A stretch of 64,000 nt of DNA, taken from assembly GCF_006345805.1 (NCBI RefSeq), contig NC_043008.1, forward strand, positions 75,454,001-75,518,000. Reading direction: 5' to 3'. Made by a program: the position numbers and the translations under genes. Below are positions 35,460 through 49,430 of the stretch, in pieces (within the stretch, counting starts at the first letter, position 1; every line of letters starts with the position of its first letter). Source of the stretch: Octopus sinensis. Taxonomy: Eukaryota. Under the pieces are notes generated by a model. The model searched no databases. It had not been told where the DNA came from and saw only the letters and a list, made by a program, of their open reading frames with translations.

Positions 35460-38010
35460 GATAAACACTACCTCGTATGAGTGACAATGAAAAAACAAAA
35501 TATTGTGAATAACGGTGGGAATGAAACTGAAGCCCATGAAGGTGACAGGGTTACATCCGGCAGGCTCAGAGACACTTGTCCGACCCCAGCCTGTCGTTAT
35601 CCAGCACGGGACCAGCACGCGCGGTGTAGAAGGAACAAATAAATCAATTATGTGGTCATGCAGTGTTAATACATGAGAAACCTCGTAGACGAAAATGGTG
35701 TTCATCTTAGGGCATATCGAGAATATATGTTTGATCAAGGGAGAGAACAGAGATTATGTAATCAAGCTAGAGCAATAAGAAAAAATCATTGGTTCATAGA
35801 AGTGGAGCTCGAAGCTATCAAAAGACGGATATTGGAAAACAACAGCAGAGAAAACGATGAAAATAAGTTCCTACTGATAAAAGCAATTTCAAAGCAGAAA
35901 GCAGAGTTGAAATCTCTAATAAACTAAAGGAAAGGGTCAGTGATAGCTCGCTCGATGAGAGAAAACAATAGAACTAATGGTGACAGGAAAGATGGGCAAA
36001 AGGCAATCGACAATAGAATAAAGGCAAGGCTACAGGAGAACGATAGTGTTATCATTTGCAGCCTTAAAAAGATTAATGAGTAGAAATTGAACCAAGAAAC
36101 GAAAATGTCAATGAAATTCTGAAACACATCAGAACAAAAACATCACAGAAACAAACAATTTGATCAAGGCAACAAGTATTGTTGTAGCAGAAAATGTGGG
36201 TCTTGATGTCAAGAAAAAGAAATATAATGGGAGTGACAGGATGTATGGTGGAGAAAAATACAAGCGGTGTTAGCTATGGTCTCGAAGGACATTTCTGCTC
36301 TCGGAAGACCTGATGAAAAGAAAAGGTGGAGCTAAAAACTGAACAAATATACAGAGCACTTAACAGAAAGCATGATATTGAAGGAAAAGGCCTGAATGTT
36401 GTAATGGATGATCTAAAACAGCGCCTCGTTGCAAAGAAAGCGAAGATGGTAAGATACAACCAAAGATTGAAGGCTTACCAGCAGAATAGGTTATTCAGAG
36501 TAGATCAGAAGAGATTCTACAAAGAATTTACATGGAAGTGTGCAGATGGAAAGTTGATACCGGATAACGTTGAAAGTGAAAGGTTTTGGAGTGACATTTG
36601 GAGCAAAGAAAAGGAGAACGGAAGTGATACTGAATGGTTGCAAGAACTTAAACAAACAGTAGCTGTCCAAAACAGGTAGAACTAGTCATTTCAGTTAGGG
36701 AAGTGAAGGTAATCACCAAAACAATGGGCAACTGGACGGCCCCGGGACCAGATGGAGTTCAAGGCTACTGGATCAAAAAATTTGGTGAATGCCATGCCCG
36801 AACAGCTGCACAACTTAACACCTTCTTAAATGCCGACCAAGTCACACCAGAGTGGTTAACACTGGGTAGGACAGTGCTGTGCTTGAGAAACATCGAAAAA
36901 GGCAATACGCTAGACAATTAAAGGCCGATGTCCTGCTTGCCACATATGTGGAAATTATTGATTGGAATAGTCGTAGAGTCAATGTACGGACATCTGAAAA
37001 AATGTTCTCTATATTCTCAATAAGGTTTATGATATGGGACACTCCGCCCAAAAAGTGACACTGACAGACTGTAGGTACCAAGAAAAAGAGGGAGAAGAGG
37101 ACTGATTGGATGCGAACACAGCATTAGAGTGGAAAAAGACGACATAGCATAGTAAGCAAAATAAAAAGCGGACTGCTATTATTGGAAGTATGAATGTCAG
37201 GCATGCGTAGGATGGAAGATTTCAAAGGTAAAGCATTGTACAAGTACTTGAGAATGAATGAAACTATAAATGGGTGGATAAAGAAAAGAATGCGTGGACA
37301 ATTTTCTAAGAATGTTGAAAATGAGACAGTCAGAGAAACAAGATGGCTATGGATGACTAAATGTGATTTAAAACCGGAAAGAGTGACTCTAATCCGTGGA
37401 TTAAGAACGAATTACATCAAATACAGAATCGATAACACGTAAGAAAATGATAAGTGTAGAAATTATGGAGAAAATGGTGAAATCGTATGGCATATTATCA
37501 GTCAATGTAGCCCAGAAAGAAAATAAGAGACGTCATGTCAACATAGTAAGGATTGTCCATGGACACTTTGCAACAAGTATAGACTTGACGGAGCAAAAAG
37601 TTTGTACGAACATAAACTCGAAGGCATCATCGAAAATGATAACGCAAAGATCCAATGGAATTTTAGGATACATTGCGATGATGAGACAGAGAAGAGGAAA
37701 CTATTGAGAAAGAAAGCAAACGATGCAGGATCATAGATCCAGCATGCCTAGCTGCCAAATTGTTTGAGATAAGGAAGAAAGAAAAGTCGATGTAGGAGCT
37801 CTGATTAAAAATCATAAGAAATACATGAAACAAATAAGGGCTGAAATAAGGGTGGAGTACTTTCAGAAAACAGTACTGCTCGGAACCGCTCGAATACTCC
37901 AGATGGTGCTCGAAAAATAAGGGGTGTTACCTTAGTACACTTGTAGTGAACAGCTGACACCGTGGTACATCTCCAGAGTTAGGTGCTGTGCAAAGACAAT
38001 GAATTAATAA
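35460..38010 (+). mobile_element. R4/Dong-clade LINE (Dong-3), internally deleted, degenerate
   Basis: EQRLCNQARAIRKNHW, QQNRLFRVDQKRFY, NWTAPGPDGVQGYWIKKF, WLWMTKCDLKPE and RHVNIVRIVH. RT core largely missing. AAT-like sequence at both ends. Confidence 0.85.
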
Positions 38011-38587
38011 ATAATAATAACAATAATATTTTATGTTTACGTATATATTTGGCAAGCTTCTTGATGTGAAATCGTGCTTCGAAAAATTTTTTTTCTTTTA
38101 TTTCGGAACGGTCATTTTGTTTTTGCCGAATAAACACAACCGCAATATATTTGTTCTTTTATTCAGCTAAAATATTGTCCTTATTTTTGTTTCTTTTGTC
38201 TTAAATGTTTCATAACATATTCTGGAACTCTTCAGCGACTCTTCACCCACGTGTTACCTCCGGTTCTGTTTAGTCCTTTCACCATAGAAAGACAGAATGG
38301 ACTAAAAAGAAGAGGTGAAGACACTTGTGATGGAGAGTCACTACAAAGATCACAGGATGTTTGACAAAAGATTTAAGACAAAGAACACAAAAATAAGAAC
38401 AATGATGAAGCTGAAGGGAAAAACGAATATATAATGCGCGAGTTTATTTGGTAAGAATCAAAATGACCATCCATAAATATAACCAATAATGATATACTAT
38501 TATATTGCATATTGCATTTATTGCCATTTTTAAACGTCAACATATGTGCTACACAATAAAAACTGTTACCTGAAACGATAGTAAATT

Positions 38588-38618
<31 letters not shown>

Positions 38619-38819
38619 ATATGTATGTATTTGAATGAATGTATGTATATATGAACGTAGGTCTCAGATCGTATATTTGCACATTTATTTTTACACACAT
38701 ACACACACGCACACACATACAAACACGTATACACACAAAGGCAAAGATGGAAAATACACTGATAAATATATATACAGACAAATCGATCGATCGATATATA
38801 TATATATATATATTTTTAT

Positions 38820-38834
38820 AGAGAGAGAGAGATT

Positions 38835-38880
<46 letters not shown>

Positions 38881-38890
38881 TCGATCGATC

Positions 38891-38956
<66 letters not shown>
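38820..38956. repeat. (GA)/(GACA)/(GATC)/(GATA) microsatellite
   Basis: Read directly from the sequence. Confidence 0.95.
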
Positions 38957-38957
<1 letters not shown>

Positions 38958-41900
38958 TTCACCGATATAGATGGTGTAATGGAAGATGTGCGATAGATCC
39001 AGAAAGAAAAGTCAGAGTCAGTGAGGTGAAAAAACAGAAAGCTATTTGTAAAAAATAATGCAATAAATAGCGCTAAGGCATTGACACAGGCATATATGAG
39101 TGAAAACTGAAAAAAAAAAATACTGAAGATGCTAAGTCAGGGAACATAGAGGGAAATGAAGATCACATGGTGCATATTGTAATTTATACGCACTACTGTG
39201 TTATAGTTTTCACTATATTTGATAGGTTATTCATTGCTACCTATGATACCTTCCGGTGAATTACATATATATTTTTATGTGTGTATATGTGAGTGTGTAA
39301 GTATTTATGTATGTATGTATACACACAACTACAGTGGCACATTTACATATCTCCTACTATATTTATATGTAGCTTCGTATAGATTTGTATATGTATATAG
39401 GTATATGTGTTTGTGTGTGAGCATGTGCATTCGCGTGTATGTCCCTGTATGTATTCTAATTATCTTTAATTATTTTTATGAATGGTATTGTATCTCGCAT
39501 TTTTGCTGCTGTAAATCGTCTGGTTTTCTGGAAAACAATATGAAATATCCAGTATTTCTGTTTTATTTATTTTATTTGACAACATAAAAAATAAAAACTT
39601 CTCTTTACATCTACCATTTCCCCCATCCCTTTCGCTTCTCTTCCTGCTTTCCTTTTGTCGCTTTTATCTCTCTAATTCTCACTACTTCCTCTCCCCCTCC
39701 CCCTCACTTTTCACTTAAAATCATGAAAACAAGTTAGAATATAAGAATAATCTTTTTTTAATATCTTTTCGCATTTCAGGAAATGAAGCCGCAAAAGAAT
39801 TCATGTAATGGCTCGAGGACACTATCAGCAATACACCGATATATTCTGAGCAATATTACGTGCGAAAATGTGTCGTATTTCAAAGTAATTTCTATTTAAC
39901 TTGGTTCAAGTTTTCTAAATTTTTAATATTTTTTTTTTTACTTTAGGAGCATTCCAATGTTCTAGGAAAAGCATGTTAAATTTCGAAGGAATTTAAGAAC
40001 ATTACATGTTTAAAAGTCATGTTTTATATTTGTTTAATTTCTTTAACTACAGAACTTAAAGCAGCTTTTAACATTCAGAACAATGATAGAGATTGGTATT
40101 GAAAGAGGGGAGTTTTAAAGAAATCAACACCAAAACATGCTAGGTTGCTATTTATGCTATGAACACTTCAGGGAATACAGACAATTCTGAGGCTGATTAC
40201 TTCCAAACACAGATGGTAGCATAATATAACTCAATGAACCAACCTTGTGTGTAGGCTCCTCAATCATTTCTACTGTTCACCATCCTTAGAGGTGGTTTCT
40301 AACGCACGTCTAAAACCAATTTCTTGAGAAAGTGTTTGGTGGAGAGAAGCTGTGTGTTAAATAGTTTGCTGATCACAATGATATGATGGGCAATTCATCC
40401 TCGAGAGAAATTGTTGGCAGGAAGTGAGTCTTAGTACAGAAGTCTTAACAAATACCAACCACTAAAAATAACAGACTCGTAAAATGTCTTTACAGTAATA
40501 TATGATACATAAACTGCTGAATGAAAAGCAAGACCTCATTTTCAGGAGACTTGAGTGGATACTGCAATGATTTGTGGTGAGAAAGATGAATTGCAGCTCA
40601 ATAAACCTATTACTGAAAAGCTTAGAAAGATTCGCGCATGTCATGGATTAAATATCATGAAGTTGTTAACAGGGTACTCCAGTCGTAGATGTTGCTAGAA
40701 TTGTCTACGAAGAAGCCGCTGACCATAATAAAGAAATATAGAAAATATGTCAGTAGGTTTGCCAAACAAAGCTTCAGATAAAGGAAAAACGCAGGAATTC
40801 AGAAACACTATACTCTTCCCTATTGAAAGAAAAACATTTCAAATTAACTCAACTTCACTCATCATACAGCTTTGCTATCACGTTTAACGCACATAATAAA
40901 ATTCAAACTTATATACATTTTATTTGTTTCAGCCAGAGGTTGTGGCCACGGCTGGTACCGACATTGTTGTGATTGACAGTCTGTTTCATTGCACATGTAG
41001 TAATTCTCGAATAACACAGTACAAAGCTTACGGACTTCAGTTTTCTCGACATTACCTAACTGCAATTAAGAAGTATCCTATATAGAGTGACTGTGAATAT
41101 AAGACTTATATACGTAAAATCCTAGAATAAAAAAAAAAGCTAGCAAACGTATATATGAGAACATTTTCTAACATGGGGATAATCAAAGGAGCGACAATCT
41201 GCTATAATTAAATTCGGCAACAAGAAAGGGATAAAAGGCTCTCCGAGAGTGATGGGAGAGAGCAATTTATATTCAAACCGAAAACCTAGCTCGAATGATT
41301 GCAGCTGAATGGACTCTGCTAACGGCACGCGACCTGGTAGTGGAGTTAAACAGATAAAGTCCTCCGTGAAAATATCACGGTAAGGCATTTGTGCTCATAA
41401 AGCCAAGAGGCGGAAGATGTACGATAAATCATCTTCTCTAGCATTTACAATCTTGCTTGGGTTCTCATTAATGATCCGAAAAGATCAAAAACAAATTTCA
41501 GTTCTACAGGGTTTTAAGTCAGTAGGCACAGTAACCAAACAAATACAATACTTTGCAATATAACATTCTGTACAAGTTTCATACATTCTAAATATTTAAT
41601 ACTATTATCCAGTGAATGTATGCAGTGCCATTGGGAAATAAATTCTGATCATAATGGTATATAGCGATCAACTTTCTTCACATTCTGTGACATAACGATC
41701 GCTAGGTTATTCCAAAACAAGGAATAGATAACGTACAGAATATTATTATCATAAAGACTGCAGTTTCTGCTAGTGCTTCATTAACTACCGAATGATTTTA
41801 AAACTTGACAATAAAGTTATCCATGTGATTGCATTCGGTCTGACGTTTCTACAGTTACTTCCATGTAAATTGATATCCAAGAAATATCATCGTTCGCAGA

Positions 41901-42365
41901 ATTATTTCTTTTTGCTGTATTTATTTCCAGGAATCGATAACAGGCAGGATTTGAATGAGAGGTGCATTTACAATTGTCAACCGGCATTCAGATGTATGGG
42001 AACATATACTAGCAAACCTGCTTTTGTGTTGAAGCATACATAGAGGTGGTGTGCAACTTCTAGTGCAGGCATCGAATAGATAGGTACAAGCAGAGTTGGC
42101 TGGAAGAAAGTGAAAGTTCGGGCATATAGAACAGAGAAAAGATGGGAAACAATTATAGGTGTTACGAATGCATTTATAAGATGTTGTGTATATTTACAAT
42201 GTGTAAAATAGACACACATGAAACTTGATACATGTATACATTCAAAATACAGAATAGTTCCTTCAGAAAGACGAATGATAAATGCAGATATACTTGTGTA
42301 CACACGCAGAAAGTGCATATATGTATGTGTATATATGCGTATTTGTATGCGTATTCATATACATG

Positions 42366-42397
<32 letters not shown>

Positions 42398-42447
42398 TAG
42401 ATAGATATACATCTATCTATTTATTTATATGCATATATATGTATATA

Positions 42448-42505
<58 letters not shown>

Positions 42506-44999
42506 TATATAAAGGTAGTGGTTGTAGTAAGCGACTAAGGAGTAACAATATCCGCATTTACTATCGGTATCAATTACCTGTGCTATCCTTGGGCATGGGT
42601 GTGCAGGTACACTATGCTCATAGGGTACAGGTAACAACAGAATGAACAAAAGCTTATGAGGAATCAAAATTTAAATATCAGAGAATGGAGGGAACTTGAT
42701 CAACAAACAAATTGACCAACATCGGTTGATTATTATTTAATACAAAGCATGATATAACATTTCTTACGGCCGTTTTCGCTTCCAGTATTTGTAGGTGCTT
42801 ACGAGAGAAATTCCGAAAATAATATTCGTCATCATAGTACATTCGATCTAGTACATAGAACGTCATCAGAGTGAATACAAAAGCTTAAAATATAATAAAC
42901 GAAGGGAAGATGGAATAGTAAAAATCACGGCCTCGAGAAGAGCCCAATAGGCTCAATATATTAAAATCATACCATCTTGCAGGCAGCGTGGAGCTTGAAG
43001 TTGACAGGCAAAAGAGCGAACTAGCTGTGGCCTCGAGAAATTATTAGGGGTTATTTCTATATAAAGGGGAAACCAGGGTGAATGAATAGTAGTGAAATGA
43101 ACTTAGTGCTAAAATAAAAAACAATAATTACCAATATATCTAGAAGAAGAATAGTACTTATGATATCGTAAATAGGGCTAGTTAAAGTTTATCCAAAAAT
43201 AAAACCGTAGGGTTATTATAATGGTGTACTTACTGATGAAATATTGTAGAGACCACCACGCATTGTCCGCAATAGAATTGACCAAAGTCTGTTTCTCTAC
43301 AATTGGTCGATTATATTTGAACCAAAGGCAAAAGTAAGAGTGTTACAGGGGATATGCAAATAAAGAAGAAAACGAACCAGTAAGTAGAGAATACGGGGAG
43401 AATACTGTGGTATAAGTGGCAGGAGGCCACTTATGGCCTTTTGCCACTTCTCAACATAACGTAAATAAGAATAAAATAAATAGGTAACAATAGTCTGTCA
43501 AACGGCTGTAATATTTTATTGTTAAGGGGAGACAACTAGTACATGAGATGCAAACCAATGGAGTTATCTACAAAAAAAAAAAAAAATAATGATGCTGAAT
43601 CATACATCCTAGATAGCGAGTAAATTTTAAGTGGTGGTAATAATGGGCGAACAAGTAAATGTATACACGTTCCTAAGTAAATTTTGCCCTGTAGGTACAC
43701 GAAAGGGCAAAAGCACAAGGACACATTTAATCGATTAAAAACTAAAGTTAAACACTTGCTAATTACTACCATGGTTACAGACGCCATGTCCCAACACAAT
43801 TGACTAGATCTTATATAATATGTATTATATTATCATAAAAGTTAGATTATTCATATCAATAAATTTATTAATTACATCAAACCTTATGTGGGTTGAGCCA
43901 TACTAGCTCTATCACAAAAATTACACTTACAATCATATATAGTAAACCCAAGTGTGCTAATATATCCTGGGAAGTCAGCTACTGCAGTGTCCAAGTACAG
44001 ACTTATACAATCTAGAGAGGGGGAAGGTAACACTGAATTCATTCAAATAAATCAAAAATTCTACAGGTGGATAGTGTTATTTCTAAGTGGGTAGGATTAG
44101 TAGGGTCTACTTTAAGTGGAGGTAAACCAATATGCTGGTAGGAAAATTAAGTTCATATTGCCCACAAGCTCATCCATAGTATAAAAGGTACAGGAAAATA
44201 AAAATAAAATAAAATAAAAATTAAAATTACAATTAAAAACTTAAAGTAATTACTGTGGTCTAACAATAGGGTTAATAAACTATATCTTCTGCGTTCTCAA
44301 TTAGCTTTATGACTGAAATATCTGGCATTTGCTAAAGGGGGTGGTGGGTTATATTAATGAGAAATGGCTTAATAAGTATAAGAATGTAGGTAGTTGTAAT
44401 GGGTGGGGAGTGGGAACTAAACTCGGAATTTTGGTGAAGAGACAAGGGTATTAAACATGCAAGGGGCCCAGTATGTACTTCTAGAAAACTAGTTTTAATT
44501 AAGCATTATATATATATGGTCTTCAAATTAATATCAAGGACAACTATTTCTATGGTGAGGGGTTCTTAGTGGTATTTTAGTGTGGCACAAGGGTTTCTAA
44601 TGTTATCTATATTTAGCGAAGGTAAACTTCCCCTTGTGCAGGCAATGCAGGCTTCTCTGTTCCCTTCGGTTCAATAGTGGGTTTTGTGCTGCTAAGATGA
44701 AAAAAATGTCATTGATGTAAAGAGAGCATTTCCTGTATTTTTTATACATTGTACGAAGGTACGGAGGCGAGGATCTCCTAGTCTAACGTGAAACTAGTAT
44801 CACTACTTTGAGTTCCAAAATATCCTCACTCAATCTCTAATCAGTTAACCAATTAAAGAGATGAATAGATTTTGGTCAATTCCATTGCAGACAACAGGTG
44901 AGGTCTCTACAATTTCACGCTATTATAAGAACCATACAATTTTGTTTTTGAATAAATATTAACTAGTCCTATCTCTAGTTCAAAGGCCAGGAAGACCCA

Positions 45000-45650
45000 T
45001 AAAATCCCTGATCTGTGTAACTTATCATTCGATGAGTCACCATGTACGTAGACAAATTGTATAATATGTAAGATGAACCCACAGGTTAGCTGTAAGGTTA
45101 GGAATATAGTCTGTAGCTTACAGCGTTCTGAGGGACGGTGAAGAAACAAGACAACAGCTTATATTGAAGAGACGGCACATTGCTTAGGGGAGCGAACAGG
45201 CGCATACAGGTGGGAGCTCAAAGAGCAAAATATATCATCAGAGTCTACCAACATGCGCAATTAAAACATAGATAACATAGAGGTTAAGGTATTCTCAACA
45301 CATAGAACTGACACGACACTTAGATTACGGAGACCACATAGATAGCATGAGAGAGACCGAGACTCAACGAAAATGACGAATGAAATAATAACACGCTCCA
45401 TCACCACACCGCGCAACACGACGATTAACGAAAGAAGGTCACAAAAGTGACAGAGGGTACTGACTAGCAGTTCTTTTCCTAAAAACCTAAAAACAAGAGT
45501 TAAAACAACCCAAAGCCATGTTTTCAACGGTATTTCTTATAAGACTGATAGAAGTAGTTGAGTTTAACACTAGGCGTTAAGAGTCGCTGATGAGACTTAA
45601 GATGGTATACAACAAAATCCGAAATTGTGATCCAGCTATGAACGCCGGAA
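45000..45650 (+). mobile_element. Decayed Penelope-like element 3' end (GIY-YIG relic + pLTR with decayed hammerhead)
   Basis: CxxC..SCKVRNIVC...AYIEETAHCLGERT resembles NIVY..C..YIGET.R.L.ER. Followed by CTGATGA...GAAATTGTGATC at 45587-45632. Confidence 0.55.
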
Positions 45651-45719
45651 ACTTACCTCTCTTTGTCAGTCATTTAGTTCAGTGCTTTCTGTGGCTTTGG
45701 AGCTGTTTTAACTCTTAAA

Positions 45720-45830
45720 AAGGCGGTGGGCTGGCAGAAACGTTAGCACACCGGGTGAAATACTTATCGGTATTTCGTCTGTCTTTATGTTCTGAGTTCA
45801 AATTCCACCGAGGTCGACTTTATCTTTTAG
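45720..45830 (+). mobile_element. SINE family A head
   Basis: AAGGCGGTGGGCTGGCAGAAACGTTAGCAC...GTTCAAATTCCACCGAGGTCGAC. Confidence 0.85.
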
Positions 45831-45831
45831 T

Positions 45832-46212
45832 GAAGGCGCAATGGCCCAGTGGTTAGGGCAGCGGACTCGCGGCCATAGGATCGCGGTTTCGATTCCCAGA
45901 CCGGGCGTTGTGAGTGTTTATTGCGCGAAAACACCTAAAGCTCCACGAGGCTCCGGCAGGGGATGGTGGTGATCCCTGCTGTACTCTTTCATCACGACTT
46001 TCTCTCACTCTTACTTCCTGTTTCTGTTGTACCTGTATTTCAAAGGGCCGGCCTTGTCACTCTCTGTGTCACGCTGAATATCCCCGAGAACTACGTTAAG
46101 GGTAAACGTGTCTGTGGAGTGCTCAGCCACTTACATGTTAATTTCACAAGCAGGCTGTTCCGTTGATTCGGATCAACCGGAACCCTCGTCATCGTAACCG
46201 ACGGAGTGCTTC
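45832..46212 (+). mobile_element. SINE family C (long form), abutting the family A head
   Basis: Same head as 34371. The first about 150 bp are shared and the 3' body differs. Confidence 0.88.
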
Positions 46213-46265
46213 CATTAACTCTTACTCTTTTGCAAATAGGTGCTAGTCAGTACCATATATATATA

Positions 46266-46341
<76 letters not shown>

Positions 46342-46656
46342 GCGAGAGAAAGAGAGAGAGACGAAGAGAGAGAGATGCATCTCTCTCTCTCTCTCTTCGT
46401 CTCTCTCTCTCTCTCTTTTTATATGCAGGGGTAGTGTGCGTGGGTGTTTGTTGGTGGACTATTGTTTTTAATAGAATCTGTGTGCACCCAATAGCAAAAC
46501 ACTCTATTATAACTGAACATCCAATGCGAATATTCTGTTTTCCATTATGGTTTTGCCTGAATCTATTTCACTCCACAAATAACAGGAAACAGTCATAAGC
46601 GCGCGCACACTCACACATACACACACCCACTCACACGCGCGCGCACGCACATATAG

Positions 46657-46870
46657 GTGGAGGCGCATGTCTTAGTGGTTAGAGTTTCCGAATCATGATC
46701 GTAAGATGGTGGTTTCAATTCCTGAACATGGTGATGTGTTGTGTTCTTGCGCAAAACTCTTGATTTCGTATTGCCCAAGTCCAGTCACTTGGTAAAAGTG
46801 AGAATCTTGTGACGGATCGGCATATTTACGCTAGAGAACCCGGAAAACCAGCCCTATGATACTTACGGAC
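46657..46870 (+). mobile_element. Degenerate tRNA-derived SINE
   Basis: GGAGGCGCATG..TTAGTGGTTAGAG...GGTTTCAATTCC...GTGTTGTGTTCTTG. Confidence 0.55.
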
Positions 46871-48147
46871 TAATAAGTCTCTCTCTCACACAAATACACA
46901 CACACAAACACACACACATATATTCTGTCTACTTCTTTAACGTAGCATCCATATTATTTCGAGCAGTCCTACAATTAAATACTATCTTGTGCTAACAAGC
47001 AAGTGGGTAGTAAATATCACTTGGAATACACAAATTATGCTATAGATAACGCCAATTTGACGCATAAAATGATCTGTTGGCATGGTTCAAATTTTTGGAA
47101 AGGTCTTTCAGTACACGAATAGGAATCAGATTTGTACCATATATCCATCTCTACTGTCCTTTAACAATCATTAGTTGATGCGCGAACACTCAAATATTAC
47201 ACAATGAAAATAACTGATGAACAATTTGAAGAAATTACTTTTGAATATAAAAATCTTCATTTCCATAACAGACAATTCGTGTGTTTGAAAAATTTATAGA
47301 AATCATTATTATGTTGAGTAGGTAGTTGTAAGTTTATATGTAATTATATATACACACTTACTCAGACATACATCTTCACATACGTACTTGCTTGCAATTC
47401 CAAACACACACACACGAGTACACACACACGCGCACAGACGCATAATTGTGAAACAGGCGTAATTAATTTGATAGAGAAGCCAATATTTGGTTAAATGGAA
47501 CCGAAACATTAGTTCATAAAATATAAATATTGCTAGTATATAAGCATGAACGTATATATTTTTGTCTATTTATCTAGCTTTAATTATATTGCAAACTTCA
47601 CAAATCACGTTCCCTTAAGGCATAAGATAAACTACTTCCGGTTAATAGTAAACTTGAAATGTATATGTTCTTAGCTTTATTTTTAGAATTTCTACCATTT
47701 TTAATTAGTATGTTTCACTGTTGAATAATTCCAAATGCTCTAAAAGATATGTCGGTTCCTTGCTGCATTTAACCATCTTGTTTATCCCGAAGTTTTCTTG
47801 TCATAGTTACTGTAATAGCATTATTGGTACATAACTTGGTTCTACATAACGTGGATATAACGTGGGATATTTTGGGAATATAACCGTTATAGCTGGTAAC
47901 AATGCAATTGTGTCCACTTGATTTATACATCCTGGAAAGAAGAATTGCTTTTTAAGATTTACTAACTTTTATAAGAATAAAAAAACGGACCTTTAAATAC
48001 GTGTGTGTATTCATGCAAATATGTGGACACGAGCGCAAAAGAAAACACATGCACTTACATACATGATCACACACGTAATAATTAAGACAAACGCGTAACA
48101 ATTAAATTAATTTAACAATTAATAAAAAAAAAATGAAAGGCTAAAAT

Positions 48148-48170
48148 TTAGGGTTAGGGTTAGGGTTAGG
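48148..48170 (+). repeat. Short interstitial (TTAGGG)4
   Basis: TTAGGGTTAGGGTTAGGGTTAGG within an interspersed repeat. Confidence 0.9.
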
Positions 48171-48449
48171 ATTAGTGACAGGATGTTGTCTGAGTTTTAG
48201 ACGCAGCAAATAATTTTAGCTCAATAGAGGCAATTGATTGGTTAAAATTCGAAAAGTTAAACTACGTTAAACTTTTTACAATTTTCTCAAGAAAGCCAAG
48301 AGAAAAAAATGTTTTATTTTGACACATTCTACCAGTATACGAAGTTTAAAAGTGTTTAGTTAAGTAGAAATTGTGTTGAAAACTGCCGTTCAAAAGGAAA
48401 AGATCCATCCTTTTCAAGCGTTAACTTCCTGTTCTTTTTTTCGCCGTCT

Positions 48450-49430
48450 TTTACCTCAGTACTTTTTTACTGAATATTTTTGCAGCTAACATGGAGAGAT
48501 CTCTGTCGACAAGATCCATCCTGTAACCTAAAATAAAATATAGATTTATTATTAAAATATATATTTGGACTCAAAGTCGATTTCAGGTGTTATTCTCCCG
48601 TTTGTGACCTCAGATATTTGACTGAACCAGTTTTCACTGTTTGTAGCCCAAAATACAGCTTATGATGAGACCAATCTAAAAATGTAAACATCATCAAATT
48701 TGATTAAAAACTGAGTTAGTGTGAAAACCTAGAAGCGGTCGTGAGTGAGTAAATGTTGACCTGAAGAATATTATTCATACACTACCGTGTGTGAATGATA
48801 TTTTTTGAAAACATTAGCACCAGGACATTCGTCTTGATGAGTTATATCATATGAGGTAAAAAGTTCAAGTTTGGGATTTGATTTTAGGCGTTAACACATT
48901 TTCCGGGACATTTGGCCCCAGTAGTTTTTTTTTTTTAATTTGTAGCATTATTGGATTCCTCTAGTGTGGATCTATCAGAAAAGTTAAATTGAAATACAGT
49001 TTTCTTTTCAAATGAATATAATATTTGCAGTCAAAGTCCTTTTCAGGCGTTAATCTCCTGTGTGTTTTTATGCCGGTTTTTACCTCAGTAATTTTTGCTG
49101 CTGAATATTTTTGTATATAATTAACATGGATAGATTTATTCCTCTCACCGTGATCTATCATATAAGCTAAAATAGAATATAGTTTTATTTTTTAAAAAAG
49201 TATTTGGATTCAAAATCGATTTCAGGCGTTACTCTTCTGTTTTGACCTCATATATCTTACTGAAACTTTTTTCTACCGAAGCAATTTTCAAATTTAGTAG
49301 CTCAAAATGTAGCATAGGATGTGACCAATCTAAACATCATCAAATTTGATTAAAAACTGAGTTAGTACCAAAGCCTAGAAATGGTTGTGAATGAGTAAAT
49401 GTTGATCTTAAGAATATTATTCACACACTA
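48450..49430. repeat. Diverged direct duplication (48450-48783 vs 49078-49430)
   Basis: Shared blocks TTTTACCTCAGTA, CGATTTCAGG, AAACATCATCAAATTTGATTAAAAACTGAGTTAGT and GAGTAAATGTTGA..AAGAATATTATTCA. Confidence 0.8.

Noticed and set aside
39765-39890. Strong acceptor plus open frame (EMKPQKNSC...) plus donor
   Set aside because: The sequence resembles an interspersed repeat I recall from octopus DNA, so an exon is unsupported without RNA evidence.
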